Positions 20,363 to 32,592 of a stretch of DNA of 64,000 bases are shown one piece after another. The notes under the pieces are model-generated. The model was not told the origin of the DNA, did not search any database, and saw only the letters and a program-made list of their open reading frames with translations. Both the position numbers and the translations under genes were made by a program. The DNA is from Psilocybe cubensis. Lineage: Eukaryota. The stretch lies in contig CM039005.1 of NCBI GenBank assembly GCA_017499595.2, positions 868,001 through 932,000 on the forward strand, written 5' to 3'. Position 1 is the first letter of the stretch. The number at the start of each line of letters is the position of its first letter.

Positions 20363-22976
20363 AACTTCAGTGAGTACAACTTTTTCAAACTTCAAATGTA
20401 ATCGCATTGACTGGGTCTCTCCAGACCACATGTATGCACGCGTTATTCATTTCTTTGTCCAAAATGAGTAATTTTGCATAGTACATCTTATCACCTTGTG
20501 CGTCGCAGTGGCCGCTTGGACAACCACAACGACGTACTTGCGATGAAGTCTTGTAACCGTCCGTCTAGCTCCCTACATTCCCTACGATCATGTATCGTTT
20601 ATCCGTTCGTAATATCGCAACCTTTAACTAATCATATAAAATCATCAAAGGATCTCAGCCACATAATATACATCCCTGACAGGGGATGTCTGCACATGCC
20701 TGTCGTATCGTCTTTATTGTCTTTTGAGCGCCACGCACTTTAAATGTGTGGTACCCGGTTCTAAATCCTTGGGCACTCGGAGGTACTTTTTTCCACGGCC
20801 AATAGCGCTGCGCGTTGATTTTCCGTTTCTTTCGCGCTGGATTCGTCTGCCAAATAACCAAGTTTCAACCTAGAAATGTCCGTCAATTTCCTAAAACAGG
20901 TCTCTCTCTCTCGCGTACCTTGACTTATATAGTATTAGTAGTCGGCAGCGTCGGTGCGCTCATCTAAGTTTGGAGCGACACGTCAATATTCAATCCTGAA
21001 AGCGAATCAAATGAGTGCGCTTTGCTTCTAGCGCAAAACAGGTAACCCCGCCTTGTGGTTGCGGCACCGAATGGGTTATTTCGGCTCTTATTCATGGCTA
21101 TTACTTATGATCTAATTGTGTCCCTGGCTCATTTTTGGCCATAGATGATGATGTGATGTTCAATCGCTCCAACTCAAAAATGGCCTTTTCATTTCGACAA
21201 CATCACAACAGCTCGACCGGCAGCATTCGGTATCGTTTCTAACGGATATCGTGGTTGAAAGAACAATGAAGAATACACTAGCCAACCACGAGAGCGTACG
21301 TATATCACTAGATACGATCTCCGTTCAATACGTGCTCGTTTCCAGACACTCCACTGGGATAGATTGCTCCTCCCCGTTCCATATTCCGCAATATCCGTTG
21401 CATCATCCATGATCAATTTTTACAATTTTTTTTTTTCATATTTCTGGGGCGTTTATGATGCTAATAATATTTCTGTGATGATTCCAGGGGCACCTGCAAT
21501 CCGACGTTAGATGCACATCGCACATCGAGTTGGCAACTCGCTTTACGCTGGTATCAGCGTCTTTTTACAGAGTCTTTCTGTGTGCTGTACCCAGGTCGTG
21601 CCAGTAGTGAAATGATGAGTCCCGACTAGACCAACCGCGGTAAGTTGGCGTGGTATGACACCTCTCACGGCATAGCTAATTGTTGCATTGACACTCCGAC
21701 TATCGGCTATGCATCTTGACATAAAGCTTGTTCACTCAGCTGGTCAACTTTCTGGTTGGGCAATGGGCTTGAGTGCTTGGTAGGGTCATCGACTGGTCAA
21801 TGTCCATCCGTTCTTTAGGTCACTTCAAAATATTAGGCGATCAATACGTATATTTCATAAACTAATCAGACGTGACTGGAGACGGGCGCTACTTCAATCA
21901 AATGATGCATGCAGCCGGAAAGAAACATCCGTCTCAAGTTCCGTTGAGAATGCAGGTGCTAGTTTTGAAGAGACTGTGCTTTGAAATGACAGACTTGACT
22001 TACTCTGGAAATTATGACGGCGTTAGAACTTAGAAATAGGTTGCATCGCATGGCGGTGCCGGTGCAGTGTGCCTTAGTGCGCGGATAAAATCTTAATTCT
22101 AAAATTAACCGCCCAACAATAACATGGTTAGGAGCGCAAGTCACTTTCGGAGCACGGAATGTAACTCATGGCAACACGGACAACGTGGATCAACGAATCT
22201 GGTGAGAAAAAACATCGGCCAATGCCAGTGGACATTTGATTAGAACGGGAGCGCCATTTAGAATGTATCATTGTCATTTATCAGTCCAACTTGTAGATGA
22301 GAGATCGAGAATATATTCATGAGGATGCATGCGGATGCAGCCAAAAACCAAGTCAAGCCCATCTTGTAAAAATATAGTAAAAATGTAGATGATATATGTT
22401 AATCATAGTATACAGATGCCATCCATGCAGTAGGAGGAACGAATAATACGCTGTGGAATAGCCAAGATATTATAAATATATAAGGGTAGGTACGAGGTCT
22501 AGATGGGTGTATATGTAAAGCAGGAGGCGTTCCGAATAGCGAAACGAGTGTGCGCTGGATATAAAAATATAGCAGGATGGAGATGGGTCAAATTTTGAAA
22601 AATAAAAGGAGTGAGTAAAAATAATTAAACGAGTGTGGAAGGATAATTAATGGTGTATAGTCGCTGGCCTAGTGTCTGAGGATTTCCAAGAAGTCTACAG
22701 TGGGGGGTTGGGTGCTGTTAATACACTGAATTTTGGCAAATGATGGTGGCAGAAAAAGAAATGGCAATGATAAAGGATACAAATGAAAGTGAAAAGAACG
22801 CAATGGATCGAAGACAGTCAAGGATTGGATGAATGGAAGTCAAACTGTTGATGGGCGTCACCCTGATACTTCAGGAAGAACAGTCATACATTTTGGGGAG
22901 AAAAAGATGAACTACATCAAAAGTTAGTGATGATGTCGTTCAGAATGACAAGACGAACTCACCAGAGCTCAGACAA

Positions 22977-24178
22977 TTAAATCTTCAGGGGAAGTAACTC
23001 CACAGTGCGAGACGCCTTGACTTGTCTACCGTTCTTGCCGAAATACCTTTCGGACTCGAACGACCAGTGGAGAGAACCGACGATCCAATTGGCCAAGCCG
23101 TCGACGTAGATAGCGACGTCGCGATCAATTTCTGGACCCCATGAAGGAAGGGCACGTCTTTCCTCGTTAAAACGATCGATAGACTGCTTGCACATATTCC
23201 CGACGAAGTCCACGGCCTCCTGGAGGTCGATGCCTTCTTGATTCATGACAACGGGAATCATGTTATGAGTATCTCCCTTAGACTGCTCAACATTGTAAGA
23301 GAAGATATCCTGGGATAATTCTCATGAGCATGAATTCGTGATGAAATAGAGTTCAGTCGACGTACATTTGACCAGGTCACCAAATCGTTTGCAGCTTCGC
23401 CCAGAGCGAGTATGGTGGGGTGCTCCATAACTTCGTCGGGTATATCGAGATTACTTGCGTCTAGAATGGGAGAAATTAAGAGGGGGGCTTTGTGAGTAGA
23501 AGAATAGAAGACTTACATTCAATCAAAGCCCAACACGGTTTGCAGCCTGATGTATCGCGTCGCAGAGCGATGTAAGACTCGAGGTCGGGTATTACTCCTG
23601 CAGCACGATCTAAAGCTTGTTGGGTTACGCTTTGGAAGAAAAAATCAAACGTCTCAATGAAACGCTGCTGGGCACCGGGAGACGCTGTGCGAATGAGCCT
23701 CTTATAGTAACTTCAGGGCGGATACATCAGATAAGGTTAACCATGAGGCGAAGAAGGAGACTTACTCTCGCGTCATCTTTCCTACTCTTGCTGACGAACG
23801 CCAAGTGTGGGGATGATAGAGAGAGTTGAGGACTTCGTCGGCGGTGGTACGAGTTCCCCTGTTGTCCATATCGTCCGAAAGATTGTCGAGATGGAAAAGG
23901 TAGGTCAAAAAGTCGTTGACAACTCGTAGTTGCCCATAGCCGGCGTCAGGGTAGCACATCGAGGTTAAGAGCCCACACTTGAGACCGTGATAGGCTTCGC
24001 GTTTCTTGCCTAGCAGATTCCCATCCTTAAACAACCACTTTTTCGTTTCCACAGTAACCTGTTTCCTGTGTCGGCTCATTCGAAGATCGAACGTACAATG
24101 AGAGACAAGGTCGGGGAGAATGATTTTCTTCGCAGTCTGGGGACGCGTCAAAGGAGAGGGCGTAAGAGAGGGAGACAT
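22977..24178 (-). CDS. Sesquiterpene synthase, Cop1-like (basidiomycete clade I)
   Basis: ILPDLVSHC, Asp-rich LFHLDNLSDDMD, LRRDTSGCKPCW, NSE motif NDIFSYNVEQ, WSFESERYFG. Close to Coprinopsis Cop1 as recalled; four exons. Confidence 0.92.
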
Positions 24179-26859
24179 TTTTAGAGAGGCAGGTATGCGA
24201 CGAGGAGTAATGGGAGAAAGAAAAGATGAAAGGGAAAGAGGGGAAAGAAAGGGTGAAGGTGGAGACTTCGGGGCAGGACCTGGAGGATAATAGCTCTGCG
24301 AATGCACGTTTTATAGGAGACCATATATGATCGGTGTCGGATTCTAATTTGGTAAATTGAAAACCAGATTGGGCTGTACCGATTATTCCATTAAAACAAG
24401 GTTTGCGGCTTCGCATCGCAGAGTCTGGGAATATCGTAAATAATAGATTTTAAGTTGCCGAGAAGCAACATCTGTTCAGCAGGCATCCTTCTATGCAAGA
24501 TTGTCACTAGTTTTTGCAGTTTCAGCTCAAGAGTAGTGAGAGATCGCTCCTGGGGGAAAATCTGTGAAAAGGATAGTAATTGAGGGAACGGCTGTCAGGC
24601 CAGATCTCTATGATAGATCGCGCAGGCACATATCGGCGCCGTTGGCATAGACAAGACACGCATTCCTTGGGACTTATAGACGCAGTGCTACTAGCACGGC
24701 TCGTGCGGAATTGTCGGCAGTTGATGGGGTCGAGTCACCAGTGTAATATCATGCCAGACATAGTGGAGGGTGTGTACATGATTGTGCCATGGAAATAAAC
24801 TTCCCGAAAGAGATCGTGTTTCAGGATCGGTTTTCTGCCCAGAGATCTCGTGGACGTCGACAATGGATACGTTATGTTCAACAATGCGTTAACAACGTGA
24901 TGTGCATTCGCCGGAATACTGGGCCAGGGAACGAACCTGGATTTATGAATAGCTACCACGGCCATATCACTGCATTGATTGAAATGTTGTGGCTGCCTTC
25001 CGGGTGACGAGTGGGGTGTTGCTCGTTCACTGATGCATACTTTAATGCATAACCACAGCCAACAATGACCAATATAGCGCGATTAGACGAGTTTTGTGTC
25101 AGAGAAAATCGGAAAGGTCAAGAGAAGTCATAGAGACTGCAACTGATTTCAAGGCAGGGTGGAGAAAAATATAAATTGATCGCCGTCCCCCTGCCGGTCT
25201 CCGGTTTCAAGTTCAGATTTACCTCATTTTTTAGACTGCCAATTGGCATGTATCACCGCGACAACATAAGAAAGGATTGTTGACGCCGAACCTGAATTCG
25301 ATCCAGACCGTGCCGGACACCTTTGCACTATTCTTTCCATCCGTTCGGTTTCCGTAATAAAACAAGCATAAGCTAAATATATCAGGGATAAGTAGTTTTG
25401 TTAGTACCAGTATACGAATCTGTGAGCAAGTTTCTGCTCCATCTGAGGGAACATCCCACCATTAATCTGTCCCATTGTTTAGGTTCGGGCCATCTGCTGT
25501 ATTCATTCAACCTTCGAAGATGAAGCGGAAGAGATTTCAGCGGCATACCAATGTCCAGCAACCCTTATGATGAAAATGTCAATCCATTAGCCTTCCTACA
25601 CAAATGTGTAGAGAACAAAATTTAAGCCTTAAAGCCCTGTTGCATAAAATCGCGAGTCTTTCGGACCGAGACTAATCGAGGCCAGGCGGATCTTACAATT
25701 ATCCTTCTACGTTTTTTCGGGTTCTGAGCCGAATCATCAAGCAATGTGAATTTCTGCAGCCATAAGTTGACGTTTAAAGTTAAGTATACTAAAGATGGAT
25801 CACGAGAGATATAGTGGTGTACTGGTATGATAAGCATACGTCTGGCTTGGGAGGTCTCGGGCATAATGTGACCATGGAGAGTCTATCTGTGCATTCTCAC
25901 AAACCAAATGCGATCTACGTTCAACCATCAATAAGATATGGAACTCTGATCTTTAATGGAAAGATTTTCCGAAGGTCAAAATCTCGTGGTGGATCGGGTC
26001 TTCTGTCTTTCCTCAGGTGTACGTTGAGGCGGACCAGAACAGTGCCTGTTGCTTGATGATTATATTGATATCTTGGCTTCCAGGCAGTGGATGAAGTAGG
26101 GAAGAAGAAAAGGTGCGGAGGATTCAGACGCCGTGCGCATTCAAATCAAAACTAAATTTGTTCTGGAAGGCACTCACCAATGCCCGAGACAAAGTAAAAA
26201 AAAGTGCAGAGCTTGCCATCGGATTACTCCTGAAGTAGTTAGTTTCGCTCGGGACTCGAACGTATTTCATCTGTCATCTAGGTATAGCAGCGGCAACTCA
26301 CAAGGGCGGGTATGAGTATTAGCCCAGAATGTTAGATTTAGACTGAACATAATCAGTAAAGCACTCATGCCACCTACCGTATTGGACAAGCTGAATAATT
26401 CTGTGATTTCTTGAAGTCATTAATTTAGCGCCCATGTGTTGGGCAAGGTAAAAATGAACTAGCTAGTTAGGCAGAGATCGTCCATGATCTGGCCATTTAG
26501 GGAGAAAGGGCTTGCATAGAAAAGGAGGCTTCAGAATAACCGATCCCAAACTGCTATTCCAGAAAGGAATGGCTGCTGCCTATATTCTGAATTGAATGAT
26601 GGTTAATGGTTGTTGTTGCCTTGGTTTACCTGAGCGTGGCCACGGTCGAAACTTGAAGCAAGTCGGAAGCAATGTCATTGGTCAAGAATACCGGAACCGG
26701 CATTACATTTGCATCTATTTAAGGTCAATGACACTGATGGACAACAACACCAAGCAAGTTCCATAATGATCGAGGCGCCATGGAGAGGGGCCATTCTGGG
26801 TCAGCGCTCTTCCAACCTTTCTACTTTACCACTGGCGCCTCTTATTCCACGGGCGTAAA

Positions 26860-29800
26860 ATGAGCATTCCAAGCTCCAGGAGACCCTCTACACATATACG
26901 GTCGTTTGGAACGCTCCCAGTCGACCAACAATCCACCAATGAAGGCTTCGTAGAACCTGAACCATCGGCTGCGCGCCGAATACTTGGAAGGATTTCCTTC
27001 AGCAGTTTTAGGCGTGGTCGTTCAAGCTTTGCACAATCCATGGCCGATAGAGAGGGTGATCCTTCGACACCGAGCACAGAGCGAGCTCCTATACCCACAA
27101 TGATGCAGTCGACCGGGGAAGTATACATGACTCCACTACCAAAGCTTTCTATGGTTGTGTTATCAATTGTCAGTGTTTTCAATATCCTTTTCACATTTTT
27201 TCGTGTATGTCTGATGTATCTTCCAGACAATGCTTGGGGAATTTTTATCGGCGAACGTTTCGACGCCGTTCTTACTATTCATGGTCAGAGGTGCGTTACG
27301 AGCGACCATATGTCTTACAGATTGTTTATAATCGCGCTTAATCAGGCCTTGGAGAATTTGCGGACGAGGCAGAAGTGGCTTTTTGGACGGGAATACTAGG
27401 TATCTTTGTTCACTCAAATTTCCTTTGCTCCATTTGCTAAATGATGCTCAGTCTCGACGTTCTTTCTAACGCAGTTTGTGACTTCTCTCCTATGGGTCAG
27501 ATAATGAGTGCTTCTCCAATTGGCTCTATTAACGTAGTTCAATAGGCTACTATCGCCGAGAAACATGGACGCCGCGCCGTGCTGATGATTTCATTGTTGG
27601 GCTCTGCCATTACATGCCTTACCTTTGGAACAGCGACAACTCTTCAACAGGCTATCTGTATCAGGCTTCTCCAAGGCATCTTTGCTGGCGCTGTCGGCGT
27701 TGCGCGTGGTTGTGTCTCCTTTGTCACCGATCCAAGTAATGAAGGTCGAGCCTACGCTATCTTAGGGTTTGCTCAATTTTTACATTTTTGTCTTCAATTG
27801 CTAATAATTTGTTAGATTCTGTTGGGGTTTCGGAGCTGTTGCCGGAGCTATTATCGGAGGATCTTGTAGGTCCCATTTTCTGATTTCGCAAGATTTCTCG
27901 AATCTCACTTGCATCAAAGTCGAAAGACCTGCCACCAAATGGCCTGAGATTTTCGGCGACGTTCACTTGTTCGTCAAATATCCTTATTTGCTACCTTGCG
28001 GTTTAGCTGCTTCAGTATTACTTTTTGGTGTGTATTCTGTTATCTTTCTATACCGCCGTGCTTGAACATCATACATAGGATCCTTCTTGTCCATATTTTT
28101 GGGGCACGATGGTGGACCTCGAGAGGGGGCAATCCGCTTACTCCCCGAAAAGAATGTCAATCATCCCCCCATTCCAGAAGAGGATTCCACACCGCTAACC
28201 CCTGTATTTGAAGATGAGGAACCACGCGGAATCGCCGGAATTCATAGAAAGTTTTCTCGACGTTTCTCAGATTACTTTGCAAAGCGTGTTCCTGATGCAC
28301 ATCAAAGCTCGGAATCTCCGCTGGATCAGCCACCTTTAGCAATGTCTTCGACTCCCAACACGCGTATTGACCGAACTCGAACCTTCTCAAGAACAAGCAA
28401 AGCCAATGGGTCGGCTTATGGTTATGGTGGTGCATATCGCAATAGGCTGGCAAGTAATGCAACTTTGAATGCCAGGCGTGGAAGTTTTACCAGTTCGTTG
28501 CGGCGTCGAAGGGGCAGCAATTTCGACAGTGTCAGAGACTCTGCGACGGAAGGAGCAGACCTTAATTTCGCACAGCGTCTGTTGTTGGCAAATGAAAATG
28601 CAGTGACAAATATCGCGGACCTTTGGGTCGCCGCCGCCATGAATGCCGACAACGAGGACCCTTTTGAACCCGACTCCGATATCGAGGAAGGTGGGGAAGA
28701 AAGCAACGAAATGGTCGAACCTGGCCCGAGGGATGAGCCCCTAGGCGCAGATGGTGCTGGTACGACCACGACTACTCCCAAATTGACACCGCCTATTGCT
28801 CGGTTGTCGAGACCGTCACACCGCCCAAGCTCAACGAGTTCCCCTCTTCACACATCGTCACCCTTAAGGCATCCGTCTTCATCACCTATACCACATCGCT
28901 CATCTGTTTCCTTTTCCCTCATGGCTCCCCTATCGTCGCGGCGCCCATCTAATGTCCCGTCAATCTTTGCTCATCCTGGAGTGAAGAAGCCTACAGCGGT
29001 TCTCGATGCCCAGCAGCTTCTTACTTCAGATATGGATACCCCTACCGACCCTTTGACTCCTATCGCTGAAACACGTCTATCATCGCAAGCTCACTCTCAA
29101 GCTGATGTTGAATCACTAGCCGAGAAGGCCCCTTCTTTGATGTCACAGCTTCCGGTCGTTGTGATTATACAGTATGGCGTTATGGCTCTACATACCACCA
29201 CGCATGACCAAATTTTTATGTCTTATCTTGTTTCGTAAGTCGGTATACTCAGTATATCAGCTTATATTAATGTTCTTTGTAGTGACTATGAATCTGGAGG
29301 TCTCAATCTGAATGCTGGTCATTTCGCTCAACTAAGTGCGTCCTTTTTATATTTTAATTACAACCCATGCTGATCATATGTTAGTTGCTCTCATGTGCCT
29401 TGCACAAATCGCTTATCAGTTCTATCTCTATCCGTATGTATTAGTGCTATTTTTTATGGTCGACATGTGCTTATGCATTTCCTTTACAGAAATATTGGGT
29501 ATGTCTTTTTCTATAACTTTGTTGAAAGCAGAAGCAAATCAAGCATCTTCAGTCCTCCCCGTGGTCGTTTCTCACACCTAGCGATGTTCCGCATTGGCAC
29601 TGTTATGTTTATACCGGCATACCTTACTGTTGTACTCTACCGTCCTTTCGCCAACAAAAATTCAGATGACTCCAACCCCTTCTTAATGTTTGGTGAGTCT
29701 ATGCTATGTTCACTCTCTATGTGTTTTGGTCTGACAGCGCCGCAGCCCTCTCTCTCAGCACGTACGTTTATACTCGCACCTTCGCCTAGTACCTTCAATA

Positions 29801-30193
29801 TTGATCATGGATTTTTCAGTGCTGTCCGTTACTGCGGGACGACCTTCGGCTATACAGCGATATCTATCTTACTTAATTATAGTATGTGGATTTTGCAGAC
29901 ATTTACCGCAGTATATCCAACTCAATCATCCCTCTCAGTGACGCCTCCCAATGCGATCGGCTATGCAAATGGAATCGCTCAGAGCATCGTCAGCCTTGCA
30001 CGTTGCATTGGACCAGTTATTGGGGGTTGGGTAAGAATACTTTCTTACACGTCAGTGTTTATCTCATCATTATCATTCCACACAGCTCTGGTCTCTTAGT
30101 GTTCAGGATGGACCGTCAGGTTACTACTTTGGCTTTCTTGTCTGCGCTGCCGTTTGTGCGCTGACAGTGGCGCAAAGTTTCTTGATTCGCTAG
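26860..30193 (+). CDS. Major facilitator superfamily transporter with a long central cytoplasmic loop
   Basis: TPLPKLSMVVLSI, AEKHGRRAVL (motif A-like), IRLLQGIFAGAVG, GYANGIAQSIVSLARCIGPVIGG. Many short introns; long Ser/Pro-rich loop in the 28087..29238 ORF. Confidence 0.85.
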
Positions 30194-30667
30194 ATAGATT
30201 TATCCCTCCTTGAACTTTGCTATTTTTTCCACTCATGTAATGCATTTGCATAATTCTTTGTAATGATCTAGGACTACACACGGACTCTTAACTTGTTTTG
30301 ACTTTCTGTTCTGATGCTTTCTTCGCACCTGTCATGTTGTTACATATGTACAAGAAAAGATATCTAGATAGACACAACCTGCCTACCTACCCATTTATAT
30401 ACTATCTCTCAATTATACACATTGTTCTCCCATCTGAATATTAGCAATTCTTTGGTCGGAGTATTCTGACCATCGTTAAATATGTAATTATAAAGAACGA
30501 AACTACTATGCGCCTATATACAGTGTTGAATTTGGTAGTGGAAAAATGGGGTATATATAGTGTATATACTGTATAGTGAGAGTTCGGGATGATTGTCCAA
30601 AAAGGTGTTGAAGAATCTGTCATGTCAGGACTGGTTTGACAGGAGCCACAACTTCTGAGCAAACTAC

Positions 30668-32094
30668 TCAACCACGGACTAAGTTAAGAAGGGCTTCATC
30701 AGCTGCTTTCATAGTTAGATACAAGAAAATCATCACAATAAAAGGACAAGAAACTCACGATCGTGCACATTTTTCCAAGACGTTCCAGACTTATCAGAGA
30801 AAAGCACACCACGCAGATTCCACCGAATCCACCAAAAGCGTAGCCAGGTGGAATATTGCAGGACGTTACTGTACGCACCGTTATTTCGGATACGAAGTTC
30901 TACCAGGTTCGGGAGAACCATCCTTTCGAAAGACTTGAGGAGCGTGTCCAGCGGAGACATGATGGCTGAGTCGTACACTTTTTGTGGAACGCCCACTTCG
31001 ACTTCGACGGAGGGCAGGATACAGATGCGGCGGATGGAGTTGTGGATGGCCGGGAGCGCCATGCGGGTTTCACTGCCTTGCGAGATGACAAGGCTTTGGA
31101 GGTTTGGGCAGAGGGTGAGGGCGGTTGGGAGAGGTTTTTCGGCGGACCAGGCGGTTGTTCGGAAGAGACGGAGTTTGGCCCCGTGGAGATAGAAGAAGCC
31201 CAACGCTTGAATAGGAAAGATATCACATTCAAAACGTTCGAGGGAGGGTAGCTGGGAGGGGTTTGAAGATATGTATTGAAGGAATAGATCCCACGTCAGA
31301 AGGAAGGTGTTGGGATGCCCTGGAGTGTCTGGAATAAGCCCAAGAGAAAGTGTCTTCAGCTTGGGCATGTGCACCCTAGGTGGTGCCGGTTCATGTCTCC
31401 GCGGGTACGAATGAATGGCAAGTAGCTTCAGCGTGGTCAAATTCGGAAGTCCGTTGCAGAGTCTGGCAAGGTCCTGATAACGAGGACATTCTCCAGCCCC
31501 ACTCCATTCCACTCTTTGCAGATATTGACTGCAATGGGCAACCAAGGCGTCTATGACTTCTGGAGGAGTATACCTTTCAGGAAAGTCCGGAGGCCCAATG
31601 CAATTATTGTAGATCATCAAGTTCGGAGTGCAGCGTAAGAGGCGTACTGCATACTCTACCTTATACTGTCCATATATGCGGAAATCGATCCTCGTAGTCC
31701 ACTCACCCAGCAATTTTCCACCGATATTTTTCTTAGATTCAAGTCTCTTGACGAGTTGTTTAAGCTGCTTGCCCGAATAAACAATCATATACTGGGAAGA
31801 CATTTCCAATACCACTCTATTCCAACCGGAGCATACCAAGGACGCGGATTTTCTGTCTTCGAATAAAGTAGGATCGATATCTGGATACTCTTCATACAGG
31901 TACGGCATGTCGAAAGGGTTGTCAAGTTCAACTGAGGTGGCCCCCGCGATTCTGATGAGGAACCCAAGAATTTTGTGCCACACCTCGTTTGGAAGTGTGG
32001 GCAGAATGGAAGACGATAGCGGTGAACACTTCGTAGGCTCCTGCGTACGTAGTTTCCGCAGGGCTTGCCAATGGTTGAAGCGCAAGACTTTCAT
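30668..32094 (-). CDS. F-box-like / LRR-like hypothetical protein
   Basis: LPTLPNEVWHKILGFL (F-box-like) followed by LPNLTTLKL, MPKLKTLSL, CPNLQSLVI and LPNLVELRI repeats. A short final exon ends LNLVRG-stop; the start is uncertain. Confidence 0.65.
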
Positions 32095-32592
32095 GTTCAA
32101 ATGTCGGTAGGAGGAGAACGTTTCCTTCAGAATTGAAAAGGGGAGGTCATATCGTAAAAAGCTGCCATCTGATAAGAAATTAATACGCCAAAGAAAGTTT
32201 AGTATTAAACGCACCTTGAGGTTGGAAGCAAATAGCGCGGAAGTTATGTGGATGTATTGGACGCAGGGCCTTTCCTCGCGTCCACTCGTGATTGTGGTGG
32301 TTGCAGTGAAACGTTTCCGTAGGGAAGCATACCAACAGAAAAATTTGCTTACATGGTTGTATGTACAAGCTAGTCCCTTTGTGAACAGGGACGATCAACG
32401 CAAGATCAACTTTAGATACAAGTGTGGTGACTGTCAAACAGTCTGGCCAATGGTCAGAGGTGAAGTCCACAGTCCGACACGGCAATCACACTGAATCCGG
32501 AAGCAATTGTGTTTTTCGGTATCATATATTTCTTTCTTTGTCAATCTTCTGTTCTGCCGTCTACCCTCATTAATCTTACTCAGGGAGCTGTC

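Noticed and set aside
22977-30193. Terpene biosynthetic gene cluster (synthase plus MFS)
   Set aside because: There are no tailoring enzymes or regulator, and the MFS looks like a conserved housekeeping type.
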